DNA of 64,000 nucleotides, from the NCBI GenBank assembly GCA_009103225.1, contig RHPI01002533.1, forward strand, positions 1,920,616-1,984,615, read 5' to 3'. Shown piece by piece: positions 24,733 through 36,550 of this stretch (its first letter is position 1; every line of letters begins with the position of its first letter). The notes beneath the pieces are model-generated. The model saw nothing but the letters and a program-made list of their open reading frames with translations, ran no database searches and was not told where the DNA came from. The translations under genes were made by a program, and so were the position numbers. The DNA is from Chlorokybus atmophyticus (Eukaryota; Plantae; Mesostigma and Chlorokybus algae).

Positions 24733-27237
24733 CTACTTCTTGCTGCCACGACCACGCCCACCGCGCCCACCCCGCCCACCCCGGCTGCCCTTCCCACGGC
24801 CCCTCCCGCGCTGTGTGGTTGTGCCTTCCTTTGCTGGCTCCCTCACCTTGATACTCTTCAGCAACCCAACAGGCCAAAGTAGCAACAAACCCGGCTCGCA
24901 CTCTGCGCATACATCAACCACACATGAACTCAGCTGACTTGCACAATGTTGAAACTGTTCGTGCAATCGCATGCACACAAACGCGTTCACCTTTCAAGTG
25001 GGTCACTTGCACTCCAACCCCATCACGCTTGAAGCTGATTGGCAGAGGCACAACCTCTTCTTCCCCTGGTCCGGGACGTCTGGTCCTAGTGATGGGAAGA
25101 CTGCGGCTGAACTGGACCACCATGTTGCCCTCTCCAATCTTCTTGCCATGAAATTTGTTGACAGGATTGATGTCGCTTACGTGCGCCTCCCCTACTGGTT
25201 CTTTGCGCCCGTTTATGAACAGTTGGACTTCACTGCCAACCTTCATCGTCGGTGCGGTGTCGTCCTTGTCGCTCAGCTTTTCCTGCGCATGCAAGTGACA
25301 AACACATCAAGAGGTACACACATACACATATGTGATCTCTCATACAGCGCTTGCGAAGCGACCTGCCTTCTGCGAGTCGTTGTCGCTGTTGTTGGGGCTG
25401 TCCCCCTCGTTGTCCGGGGCGCTGTCCTTGGCGCCATCTTCACCGCTGTTCTCGCTTCTATCTGTCTCAGGCATTTCTGAATACGTTGGCTCATCCTGCG
25501 ACAAGGTGACACGACGTGTTAACAAGCTTACAACCGTCACGCAACGAATGCGCGCCTGCCGCAGGTGACAGTTTGTGTGCAGCCAGAAGAACGCAAGAAG
25601 CCCATAAGATCAAGTACATGGTGCTTTCATACCTCCTTTTGCTTGCCGCTCTTCTTCTCCAACACCGTCTCCTGCTTGCCAGTCGAGTGGCCTGCCTCCT
25701 GAGACTTGTAGGGAGCCGGTATCGAGCGAACAGTTTTGTTTGTTTTCTTTTTGGGGGGGCTTGACACCTCATCCTCCTGCCAACAGCATGAAGTCAGATG
25801 GTGAGCCACAACTCAGTGCATTGCCGCTCTATCAAGTCCAATGCTGCGTACCTCACCAGACACTTTGCGCTTCCCTGAGCTGCTGTCACGCACATCAGCA
25901 CCCTGCTTGGCACGTGCCTGAACACAACAGTCATGAACCATCATGAACACATGTTTAGCAAAGTACAAGCAGGAGCGGCATCTGACCTGTGAACCAGTAG
26001 CAGGAGAACTTGAGGGTTGTGGTGCAGTGCCTTCCTTGTTACCTATCGCATACACAAGGCACCGATCACAAAAGCCTGCATATACACACAGTACTCCAGC
26101 AGCTGCCTGCGCGCGCAAGACGCGGCTCACGCTGCGAGGTGCCATTTCTGTCGTCGCTGGCGTCGCTGGCGGGATGTGAACGCGTGGGCGCCGTGCAATT
26201 ACAAGGGGTCATCATACGCACCACACAACCTGCATACATAAGGCACCATCAAACACAAAGCATCGTTCTCAACACGACATTGACAAAGCCAACTTTGTGC
26301 AAACTGTAGGTCACCCTCTGAGGTGGCATCCTCGTCGTCGCTGGCAGATTGCACTTCTTTTGACTTCTTGGGCTTCTTCTTGTTGGCTTTCTATCAAGCA
26401 CATGGCAAAGGCACTCAAGACATGCACATCGCACGAACACCTTAGTCACTACATGACACACACCTTGTTGTTCTTGTCGCTAGGCCCTCCCCTGCGCCTT
26501 GGCACAAAGCCCCCCGCGAAAGCCTTCTCCATCATCTCCTTGTAACGATTCCGACTCTTTTCTTTCTGCTTCTCTTTGTGCTTGGGGTTGCTGTATCCCT
26601 TTTTGTTGCCCAGATACTGTTGAATCTTCAAACGCGCCTACCCACTAATGAGAAAGTTGTGAAGGCCAACACATGCAAAGCAAACTCCTCCCAGCTCAGA
26701 CAATGCTGCCATATTGCATGACGGCTCATGTAACTGTGGGAAATTGCCAACCATTTGATAGGAGAGCTCTGGATTCAGCAGATGCCAGCATTTGGTTGCA
26801 AGAGCGAACTTGAATGGGTCCTGCTTCGTTTGAGTCTTCCCCGGCATCATGCGACAGTACTCGTAGCAAATCCGGCCTTTGTCGGCCAGCTTGGTGACCT
26901 TGCGACGATCACGGGCATGATGCTTCCCACGCCAATGTAGGACCTTCAGTGCCTGCATGATTTACATTGGTGCACTAGTACAACATGGGACAAAACAGAC
27001 TTCGGCAGCAAGGTCTGACATTGATTGCGGATGCTTGATGCATAAGCTCACTTTTAAGGAGACCATTGCTGTGGTCTCAAGATCACGCAGGTGAACAGTC
27101 GCCTCACTGGTTTCCCACTCATGCTGCAGCTGCTCATCAGAAGGACCACCAGCATTCTTCCCCCATATCTCTTCGTCCAAATTCTCCCATCCTTCGCTGC
27201 AGTTGCTGGACCGCCCACCCGACGTGGTGCCTGACAT
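24733..27237 (-). CDS. Multi-exon TnpA-like gene (C-terminal Tnp1/En/Spm-like domain and RGG tail); probably disrupted
   Basis: KVGSEVQLFINGRKEPVGEAHVSDINPVNKFHGKKIGEGNMVVQF...PLPISF...LLWPVGLL matches the pattern of the CACTA TnpA C-terminal domain (Transposase_23/DUF8039-like). It ends QRGRGRGKGSRGGRGGRGGRGRGSKK*. Internal exons are only partly resolved. Confidence 0.65.
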
Positions 27238-27430
27238 GATGATGCCCTCCTGTAGATAGATCAAGCTTGCTTTACAAGTCAGTTGCAACCGCAACCCTAA
27301 TCAACCTCAAGTCTTGGTTGACTCAAGTGACTGCAGGTTGTAAGCCATGTGGACTTGCTTGTTGACTTGTCACAGCAAGCAAACCATGTACCTTGCAAAA
27401 GAAGTGTCTCTAAGCTGCTTGCACAAAGGC

Positions 27431-27716
27431 GTGCTTGTGAACTTGTCAAACAGGCACCCAGCAAACCAAACACCCAGTACCTTGTAGAGTAGAAGCTTCT
27501 TCAGCTTCTTTCCAGCTGAACACGAGAAAGGTAAGCCTAACAGCAAGCTAGCAGGCAAATGGCATGTGCATGCACAAACATGTGCTTGTGAACTTGTCAA
27601 ACAGGCACCCAGCAAGCCAAACACCCAGTACCTTGTAGAGTAGAAGCTGCTTCAGCTTCTTGCCAGCTGAACACGACAAAGGTAAGCCTAACAGCAAGCT
27701 AGCAGGCAAATGGCAG
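27431..27716. repeat. Tandem duplication of ~134 bp (period 151)
   Basis: GTGCTTGTGAACTTGTCAAACAGGCACCCAGCAA...GCAGGCAAATGGCA at 27431 and 27582. Confidence 0.9.
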
Positions 27717-28252
27717 TCCAGAATGCTAGCGGCACAACACCATGCTGTATTTGCTAATTGCAACGAAGTGACCCAGCATGCAACCACTAGAAAAGCAGTG
27801 CGACAAGACAGCTGACAACGCTCGCTCACCTCGCCACAGCACCGCCGCCGCCAACACAACCAGCAAGTACGCCGGTGCTGTGGGACAATCAGTGCAATTC
27901 CCGGTGCGGAAATCCCTGCAATCAATGGAATGCAGTGATCGTTCGGAAAATCCACATCAGCAATTGTGCTGGTCGGACACCAGTCGCGTCTCCGCTTGCT
28001 CCGACCGCAATAGGCCGCACGAGCAATTGCCGTGGAAATTGCCTTTTGTCGAAACTTTGATTGCCAAAATGAACTCTATGTTTATTGGTCCATACAAACC
28101 AAGCGAAATTACATTCTCTATTTCCGATGAAATCTTCCATGTCCGAGGACGGTGTCTGTGTGGCTTACCCCAAACTATAAGTAACCCTAACCCAAACATC
28201 CAATGCATGCTGGTAGTTGTATAGGATATGTGAAGTGCTGTGTGCTGCAACA

Positions 28253-29162
28253 ATGGACCCCCCTGTACCCATGCGCACCATGAATGAGGCTCTAACGCAG
28301 GCGCTCCTCGCAGTCGGGCGGCGATTAGTGGGACTAGGTCAGGTCTTGACACAACCGTGGAACGGCTATGTGGACTCTGGCGATGCTCGCTATCATCAGG
28401 TATCTTTCTCGCTATTCATGGTGTGAGTTGCGTGCGCTATGTCACTCTGCATGCTGCTGACTATGCATGCCACTATGCATGTGCCATACTGTTGCGCATT
28501 GTTTGTACATGCGTATGCCTTGTGTGCGATTTGGGTTGAGTTTGCCTGTGTAGTGTGCATATGTTTGTCCTGCTATGATAGGAACGCCTATATATATGCA
28601 CAGCTCTGATTGCTACCATGCAGCACCCTTGCGCGTTACATGCCGTGCATGTCATGCCATGCTACTGCCTGAATGCGTGTCCAGTTCATGTCCATAACAA
28701 TAGAGGCGCTGCCTATGCATTTGCATCAACTTCTGGCGCACGTTTATGAATGAATGCGATGCAACATGCGAGTTAACCTGTAAACTTGTTTGTCAGGTCC
28801 AATTATGCAATTGGGAGCTTTCAACTCGTGGAATTGTTCATCAGGCACCCATTGCGATTGCAGCTACTGTACAAACCGGTGTGTATGTGGCAGTCTCCGT
28901 GCATGAGAACACTCCCTCGCCTCCTGATGCGCCTCTTCCTGCTCGCACTATCATTGACTCGGGCACCTATGGCGCTGCTGGCCTGCGCGTTGTGATCGAG
29001 TGCGACAACAATATTGCTGCACGCTGGAGTGTGTTTACTGGCTCCGAAGTCCCTGCACATGGTGCAACGCCCGGTACCAATCTCACACAAACTTGTAATG
29101 GAATTTTCCCCACTCGCGACCCTCCTAGTGAACCTAGTGACTCTAGTGACTCGACGCAATGA
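28253..29162 (+). CDS. Two-exon orphan gene, 170 aa, unknown function
   Basis: Exon 1 28253-28399 (49 codons, CAG|GTATCT) and exon 2 28797-29162 (CAG|GTC) are in phase and have no internal stop. TAACCCTAACCC lies ~60 bp upstream of the ATG. Confidence 0.6.
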
Positions 29163-29849
29163 CCATTGCTCTACACACACTTTGTTTGCCCTTTACACTA
29201 TGGTTACCGCTGAGCTGCTCTGCTGGTAATTCTCCAAGTGTGGCTGTTGCATGTGCAATCACTGATAACAGTGGGGTGTGTGCCTTTGTGCAACTTGGAG
29301 ATCTAGCAGCAGATCAGCTCAGGCACAACCGCCACAATTGTGTTCACAACAACATAGTGACTAGCAGATTAGTTACATTACAACTATACTACACAACAAC
29401 TACCAAACTACCACCAAACTATACAACTACACAACAACAACAACTACACAACAACTATACAACTACCAAAACTACCACCAAACTATAGGCCTTGTGCAAG
29501 GATGACGCAAAGATCTGACCTTGTACTTTGTATTACCTCATGGCCGTAGCACAGCCTGCAAGGCAAAGCGGGTTGCGCTCAAAACTGTTGGACACAAATC
29601 AGGCATGCAAGCGCCTAACACTGGCAGTAGAATTGCCCAAACATGCTGTTGGAAAAACCCCTCACAACTGCACTCACATATGCACAAATACAAGGTATGT
29701 TTGCGCAGCAGAAGAAGTGAACACGGACTTTTGCGACACACGCGCGCATACACACACATGAGGGCTTACAATCAACTGCCCCAGCTGACTGGACACCATA
29801 CACACACATGCACATTCATGTGATACGCATGCAAGGATGCATTTATCTG

Positions 29850-30180
29850 TCCCTGTCGTTGCTGGAGCTCTTCCCAACTTCTTGGGCACCGTGACTGGCG
29901 GTGTCCTGCAAACATGCTGCAGGCAATGCTCAACCTGTTGATAGCAGCTGTAAGAATGCCAAGACACCCAAATCACAGAGCCAAATACTCTGACCAAAGT
30001 CTCATCCACAAACACACCATGCCTGGCATGCGAGCTCTGGTTTACCTGCTGTCTTGGAAGCAGCCGGCTGAATCATCATACCCTCTGTTGAATGCATGCA
30101 AGCATCTGAGTCAAGACCAAATACCTACCTCATGTTCGACGAGATCAACTACACTGGACCTAAAGCGACCGGCCATCGCT
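29850..30180 (-). CDS. Small spliced orphan ORF (MAGRFRSSVVDLVEHE|VNQSSHARHGVFVDETLVRVFGSVIWVSW...)
   Basis: Phase-0 donor GAG|GTAGGT near 30130 and acceptor CAGCAG|GTAAAC near 30053. The 3' end is not resolved. Confidence 0.35.
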
Positions 30181-31362
30181 GAATGGTAGCTGTTTACCTG
30201 TAGATCACACACCGTAGTTAACCAACAGTAGAGTCAGAAATGGAGCAGGGAAATGACTCTTGAGAGACACAATGCTAGCGCAAGCACACACAGAAAGAAC
30301 ACCTTTTTGCCGCAGCATAGGCAAGGCCACTGAGGGGTTATGCCCAAGGCTGCCCCAGCGGCTTGCAGCAAACAGCTTTTGTGCCGCAGCACAGGCAAGG
30401 CCACTGAGGGGTTATGCACAAGGCTGCCCCAGCGGCTTGCAGCAAACACCTTTTTGCCGCAGCACAGGCAAGGCCACTGAGGGGTTATGCCCAAGGCTGC
30501 CCCAGCGGCTTGCAGCAAACAACTTTTGTGCCGCAGCACAGGTAAGGCCACTGAGGGGTTATGCATAAGGCTGCCCCAGCGGCTTGCAGCAAACACAGCA
30601 CGCACAGCACGCACACACACACACACACACATGCATGGCATGCGCAAGGAAGCACGGCATGCACGTATCTGCTGTGTAGCCGCTAGCGCTCCAGCATCGC
30701 CGCCGCCGCCGACGACGACGATGACCTTGCCTGCGCCGGCGCCGCCGCCGCCGACCTTGACTAAAATCTGCATGCGAAATGGCTGCTGTAACTCCAAAAC
30801 CCTAAGTCCATGACCTAAGTCCATGGACCTAAAGCGACCGGCCATCGCTGAATGGTAGCTGTTTACCTGTAGATCACACACCGTAGTTAACCAACAGTAG
30901 AGTCAGAAATGGAGCAGGGAAATGACTCTTGAAAGACACAATGCTAGCGCAAGCACACACAGAAAGAACACCTTTTTGCCGCAAGGCCACTGAGGGGTTA
31001 TGCACAAGGCTGCCCCAGCGGCTTGCAGCAAACAGCTTTTGTGCCGCAGCACAGGTAAGGCCACTGAGGGGTTACGCACAAGGCTGCCCCAGCGGCTTGC
31101 AGCAAACAACGTTTGTGCCGCAGCACAGGTAAGGCCACTGAGGGGTTATGCACAAGGCTGCCCCAGCGGCTTGCAGCAAACACAGCACGCACAGCACGCG
31201 CACACACACACACACATGCATGGAATGCGCAAGGAAGCACGGCATGCACGTATCTGCTGTGTAGCCGCTAGCGCTCCGGCATCGCCGCCGCCGCCGACGA
31301 CGACGATGACCTTGCCTGCGCCTGCGCCGCCGCCGCCGACCTTGACTAAAATCTGCATGCGA
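30156..31362. repeat. ~670-bp direct duplication, each copy containing a tandem array of 60-75-bp units
   Basis: GGACCTAAAGCGACCGGCCATCGC... at 30156 and 30825; internal units AGGCCACTGAGGGGTTATGC.CAAGGCTGCCCCAGCGGCTTGCAGCAAAC. Confidence 0.92.
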
Positions 31363-31494
31363 CGTATCTGCCTGAGTTTCTTGCTAGGAACTCAAGATCG
31401 CTGGCGCCGTCGCCACCGACCTCAAAGACTTCGCCGCCAACCACGGCAACCTCGCCGCCTCCCGGCCACAACCTACAACAACATGTCCGGGCGG

Positions 31495-32150
31495 TTAGGG
31501 TTAGGGTTATGACATATGGCGAAACAGAGTCACAAAAACATTCACCCACACCACAGGGCCGGTCTTAGGTCTTACAGACCGCCCCAGCTTCTCACCAACA
31601 CATTCACAGAAAAACAAAACCACAAGGCAGGACACTGAGGTCTTACAGACCGCCCCAGCGACTCACCAGCACACATGCACAGAAACACAAAAACAAGGCA
31701 GGTCACTGAGGTCTTACAGACCGCCCCAGTGAATCACCAACAGAATCACAGAAACAAAACCACAAGGCAGGTCACTGAGGGCTTACATGCCGCCCCAGTG
31801 AATCACCAACACATGCAAATACCGGAAACCATAAGGCAGGACACTGAGGGCTTACATGCCGCCCCAGTGAATGACCAGCCCACATACACACACGCACGCG
31901 CACAAACAAAACATGCATGCAGGCAGGCTTGCACGTATCTGCCTAAGTAGCTCTGCATCAACCAAGGATGGCTGCCGCCGTCGCCGCCAACCTCAAGCAC
32001 CTCGCCGCCGACCACGCCGCCCACAACCTTTATAACTAAAGACGCTGCCGCGGCCGACCAAGACAACCTCGCCGCCGACCACAACAACCTCCCCGCCACC
32101 AACCTTGCAAACTACAACAACTTACAAAAACATTAGGGTTAGGGTTAGGG
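31495..32150. promoter_or_regulatory. Telo-box-like (TTAGGG)2-3 motifs at a probable divergent promoter region
   Basis: TTAGGGTTAGGGTTA at 31495-31509 and (TTAGGG)3 at 32133-32150, each next to a related GC-rich leader. The regulatory role is inferred from plant telo-boxes. Confidence 0.45.
31555..31870. repeat. Degenerate ~70-bp tandem array with core CACTGAGG(T/G)CTTAC
   Basis: Five copies; the reverse complement resembles the intronic array at 41130-41420. Confidence 0.85.
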
Positions 32151-32531
32151 ATGCCGGCTATGGCGTTAAAGGTGATAGCCCATCACCGATGGACCATCAC
32201 TGATTTGCTTAGGGTTTTGGTGTAGCGATCGAGCAGACAACTTGCAACTGGCAAGGCTGGGCGGCAAGGGCGGCGTTGTTGGCGAGGTCGGCGGCGGCGT
32301 TGGCTTCATTGCTGAAGTGCAAGTGTTGTGTTTTCGCTTGGTTGTTGTAGTTACTTCATTGGGTCCGAGAACCCTGGCGAGGTGGTTTCTTGCAGCTTCG
32401 GGTGGGCTTGCTGGAGGGTTGTGGCACTGCTTCCAACAAGGTGCAGCACATGCCGTGCTTGTCTTTGTTTGCATGCATGCCCGTTTGATCATTTCGCTAA
32501 CTGGCAAAAGTGCATGTTGTCTATGTTGTTA

Positions 32532-32987
32532 GCCACCACTTGATGCTAACCAGAGGGGCGGCCTCGTGCGTAAGACCACCTCTTGCTCAGTTTTCAAGCT
32601 GTTTTATTTGAGCATGCACTCTTGTTAGCCACCACTTGATGCTAACCAGAGGGGCGGCCTCGTGCGTAAGACCACCTCTTGCTCAGTTTTCAAGCTGTTT
32701 TATTTGAGCATGCACTCTTGTTAGCCACCACTTGATGCTAACCAGAGGGGCGGCCTCGTGCGTAAGACCACCTCTTGCTCAGTTTTTAAGCTGTTTTATT
32801 TGAGCATGCACTCTTGTTAGCCACCACTTGATGCTAACCAGAGGGGCGGCCTCGTGCGTAAGACCACCTCTTGCTCAGTTTCCAAGCTGTTTTATTTGAG
32901 CATGCACTCTTGTTAAGCACCACTTGATGATAACCAGAGGGGCGGCCTCGTGTGTAAGACCACCTCTTGCTCAGTTTTCAAGCTGTT
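32532..32987. repeat. Near-perfect 96-bp tandem repeat, ~4.7 copies
   Basis: Units start at 32532, 32628, 32724, 32820 and 32916; there are no spacers. Confidence 0.97.
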
Positions 32988-33136
32988 TATAGTTTTCATT
33001 GTGGCTGAGGCTAAAGTGTGCATGCTCAGGCTTGTCTGCGTGCTCAAATAGGCAGCCGTGTGTGTGTGTGCATGCTCATGTTGCTCAACTATGTGTGCTT
33101 GCTTTTGGCTGTGAAGCTTTCCTCAGGTCGTTCATC

Positions 33137-36100
33137 ATGTCCAAGCGAAAGCTCGTTCCCCTTGGCCAGTTTAAGCCTGCAGGTAATAAGTAATGTATGC
33201 TTGTTCAGCATGATTATCGTTAACATGTGGTAACACTGGTCATGCACACAGACAAGAAGCACAAGGGTCCAGCGCACAAGAAGGAACCTGCTAAGAAGGA
33301 AGCTGTCCTGCAGAAACCCTGCAAGAAATCAAGTAATGTAGCGCTGTTCCAGCTGACCATACTAACGCATGCTCACTGCGGTTGTTTGCCACCATTGTTG
33401 CAATAACACTGTCTATTGCAGACCTTTTTGACACCACAAAGGCTCAGTTGCTGGAGGGGTTCAATAATTGGCGGAAACTAAGGGAGGAGGAGAAGGCTGG
33501 GAAGGCGAAGATGTCCACAGAATACAGTTGGGATGTCGTGGTTGAAGTAATGCAGAAGAACCTGAATGAAGATCCTCGCTTGCTTGAGCTCGACAAGAAC
33601 TTGCAGATCTGCCTACGGAAGTTCGTGGAGGACCAGCTCAGGCTTTGTGATCCGGAGGCAGCTGCTAGGGGTATGGACCTCGGGCATTTTGGCCTTGAAG
33701 ATGTTGTTACCGATAATGACATCCATGAAGAAACGAAGACAAAGTGGGGAAAGAAATTCTCTGACTGGAGGAAAGCGAAGGCGAAGAGCAAGAACCTCAT
33801 GTCATGGGGTGAGCTGGTGGTCTTTATCAAGAAAGCGCTGTGCAAACCAGACTTGGCTTCCCTCAATCGAGAATGGAGGCTCAAGCTACGGCAGTATGTG
33901 GAGGAAGAGCTAAGGCTATGTAATCCAGAGGCAGCTGCTATGGGCATCGACATCGGGGAATACGGTCTTGACTACGAAACAGAGACGCCCAAGCAGCAAG
34001 TGGAGGCCCAAGCCAAGCAGCAAGCCGACGCGGAGGCCAAGCAGCAAGCGGAGGATCAAGCCAAGCAGCAAGCGGATGCTGAGTCCAAGCAGCAAGCGGA
34101 TGCTGAGGCCAAGCAGCAAGCGGATGCTGAGGCCAAGCAGTAAGCCGACGCGGAGGCCCAGCAGAAAGCTGAGGCCCCACCCAAGTCCCAGACTGCACCA
34201 ATGCAGGAAGGGCCTCGACCTGAAGCCGGTACCTCTGCTTCTGCTGTTGAACCAGAAGACGGTCTACCTCCAGCAGAAACAGAGGGCGAGTTAGAGCTGG
34301 TTGGGCTGTTGCATGATAAACACCGGCTTCGGCTTTTCGATGCCTATGCAGATGGGAATTGCTTCTATGCCTGCCTTGCCCAGTCGCGCCCTCGCGTGAA
34401 CGCTGCGTGCTTGACACACGCCAACGCAACGGACAACGGGTCTTTCTGGCGAAGCATTGTGCTGGACAATGGCAAACAGCTGCCAACAAGAGAGCAAGCG
34501 CAAAAGCTTCGGAAGATCTGTGCTAAGCAGGTCAACCTTTATTGGTTGCTGGAGTATCGCAACTACGGGGCCTGTGGTGACATGGGCCAGGATTACAAAA
34601 GGATGGCCAGGAAATATGGCGTAACCAGGGCACTTAACAAAAAGCAACTCAAGACTAAGCAAGATGAAGACAACGCTGTAGAGGCTCTGCAGAAAGTGAT
34701 CGCTGAAGAGAGCGTTTATGCCGATCAACTGCAAGTGGCGATCATGGCNTTGCAAGTGGCGATCATGGTGCACGCTCTTGGCATTCACATCGGTACTGTG
34801 CAGCTCACTGAGGTTGCCGACGAGAAGCAGTACTGCTGGGAAGCAGAGCACAACAGGGCGGCCTCATCGAAGGCGATGACGGGAGGTACTACACAGTGGA
34901 TGCCAAGGGAGAGAAGCATTCCGTCAAACCTGTAGTGGTGATTGGCGAGGATGTTATCGATGTGGCTGGCCATATAATCATTGGCAACACGGATCCAAGC
35001 AANAATCCAAGCAAGCCCAGTGCGCATTACATGTCTGTTGGTGATGCAAATGGTATACTCTCTTGGCAGCGCAGCGACATGCCACCAGAAGTCCTGCGCT
35101 GCATGTACCCTGCAGATGCCGAGCCCCAGCCCCAGCCCCAGCCCCAGCCCCAGCCCCAGCAGCAAGCCCCAGCCCAGCCCCAGCAGCAAGCCCAGCCCCA
35201 GCCCCAGCCGCAGCCCCAGCCCCAGCCCAAGCAGCAAGCCGAGCCCCAGCCCAAGCAGCAAGCTGATGCCGAGGCCAAGCAGGCCAAGCAGGAGGCCAAG
35301 CAGCAGGCCAAGCAGCGGCAGGAGGCGGAGGCCAAGGCCAAGCTGGATGAGGACAATGCCAAGCAGCGGCAGGAGGAGGCCGAGGCCAAGCAGAGGCAGG
35401 AGGCGGAGGCCAAGGCCAAGCAGGATGAGGCCAATGCCAAGGCCAAGCAGAGGCTGGAGGCCGAGGCCAAGCAGCAGCAGGAGGAGGCCAAGGCCAAGCA
35501 GGATGAGGCCAATGCTAAGGCCAAGCAGGAGGAGGCCGAGGCCAAGCAGAGGCAGGAGGCGGAGGCCAAGGCCAAGCAGGATGAGGCCAATGCCAAGGCC
35601 AAGCAGAGGCTGGAGGCCGAGGCCAAGCAGCAGCAGGAGGAGGCCAAGGCCAAGCAGGATGAGGCCAATGCTAAGGCCAAGCAGGAGGAGGCCGAGGCCA
35701 AGCAGAGGCAGGAGGCGGAGGCTAAGGCCAACGAGGCTAAAGACCAGCAAAGGCAGGAGGCTGAGGCCAGGAGCCAGCAGGAGGCTGGCGCTATGCAGGT
35801 TGATGCCGCTGTTGAGGAGGAGGCTGATGCTATCAGTGATATGTCATTTGACATCAGCATCGCAGCAACCAGTGACACCAGTGACCCCAAGAAACGCAGA
35901 CGCCGCCCGTCACGCCGCCAACAGCGAGCTGCTTTGCAAAGGGACAACACGCCTTCCGGTGCTTTCCAGAAGCTGCATCGTGTGCAACAGGGGGAGCGCA
36001 CCGTGGACGAATATCATGCGCAGTTTGCACAATTGTGCGGGGTGGCAAACACCTGCGTTGAGCTGGTGCCTAAGGCCCTTAAACTACAACTGTTTCTCCA

Positions 36101-36550
36101 GGGACTCAGGAAAGTAGTGCGCATTGGCGTGCCCAAGGGTCCTTGCAACCAAGATTGGAATGCTGATCAGTTCGATTTGCTTGTGTCGGCTGCCAAGACT
36201 TATGAACGGACCTTGCTTGTTAAACAGCAAGCACACCTCCTAGATCGTTCAAAGTTTGAGTTCGGCAAAGCAAGGCCAAGCAGGTTGCAGAAATTGGAAT
36301 GACTGGAACAAATCAGCAGTCGTCGGGAGGGCAAGAAGCTGGCACATCAAGCTGCATATTAGCGTGAGCAGGAGATGATAGCTGCACAGGAGACCCTTGA
36401 GCAGCAGGAGCAGCTGCGTAAGCAGCTGAAGCGGCAGAAGGAGGAGGAGCGCCAACAGATAAAGCGAATGGCTCAGCAGGGAAAGGAGCAGCGGAAGCAG
36501 CGGCGGGAGCAGAAGGAAACACAGCAGCAGCAGCAGCCGCAGCAGCAGAG
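33137..36550 (+). pseudogene. Large cargo gene: two tandem helical (DEK_C-like) repeats, AEAKQQ linker, OTU deubiquitinase, coiled low-complexity tract, retrotransposon Gag-like domain, Q/E-rich tail
   Basis: Spliced start MSKRK (33137). OTU elements: DGNCFYAC (Cys codon 34360), YADQLQVAIMVHALGIHI and AHYMSV (His codon 35025). Gag-like KLHRVQQGERTVDEYHAQFAQL...LQLFLQGLR. In-frame stops at 34141, 36300 and 36360, and a frameshift near 34885. Confidence 0.8.

Noticed and set aside
30660-31350. MQILVK...GKVIVVV resembling the ubiquitin N-terminus
   Set aside because: The similarity is limited to a few residues in GC-rich low-complexity DNA; there is no ubiquitin core or C-terminal GG.
31495-32150. 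TTAGGG repeats as a chromosome end or telomere-addition site
   Set aside because: Only 2-3 units, internal to a TIR-bounded element; treated as telo-box-like motifs instead.
32532-32987. CRISPR-like array
   Set aside because: Head-to-tail repeats with no unique spacers, no cas genes, and a eukaryotic context.
34730-35015. Short duplications LQVAIM and NPSK within the OTU domain
   Set aside because: Each flanks a single N (34749 and 35003), typical of scaffold-gap overlap artefacts.
34785-36117. Long Leu/Gly-, Ala/Ser/Cys- and Arg/Pro-rich ORFs
   Set aside because: They are antisense or alternative frames of the AEAK/QP repeat region.
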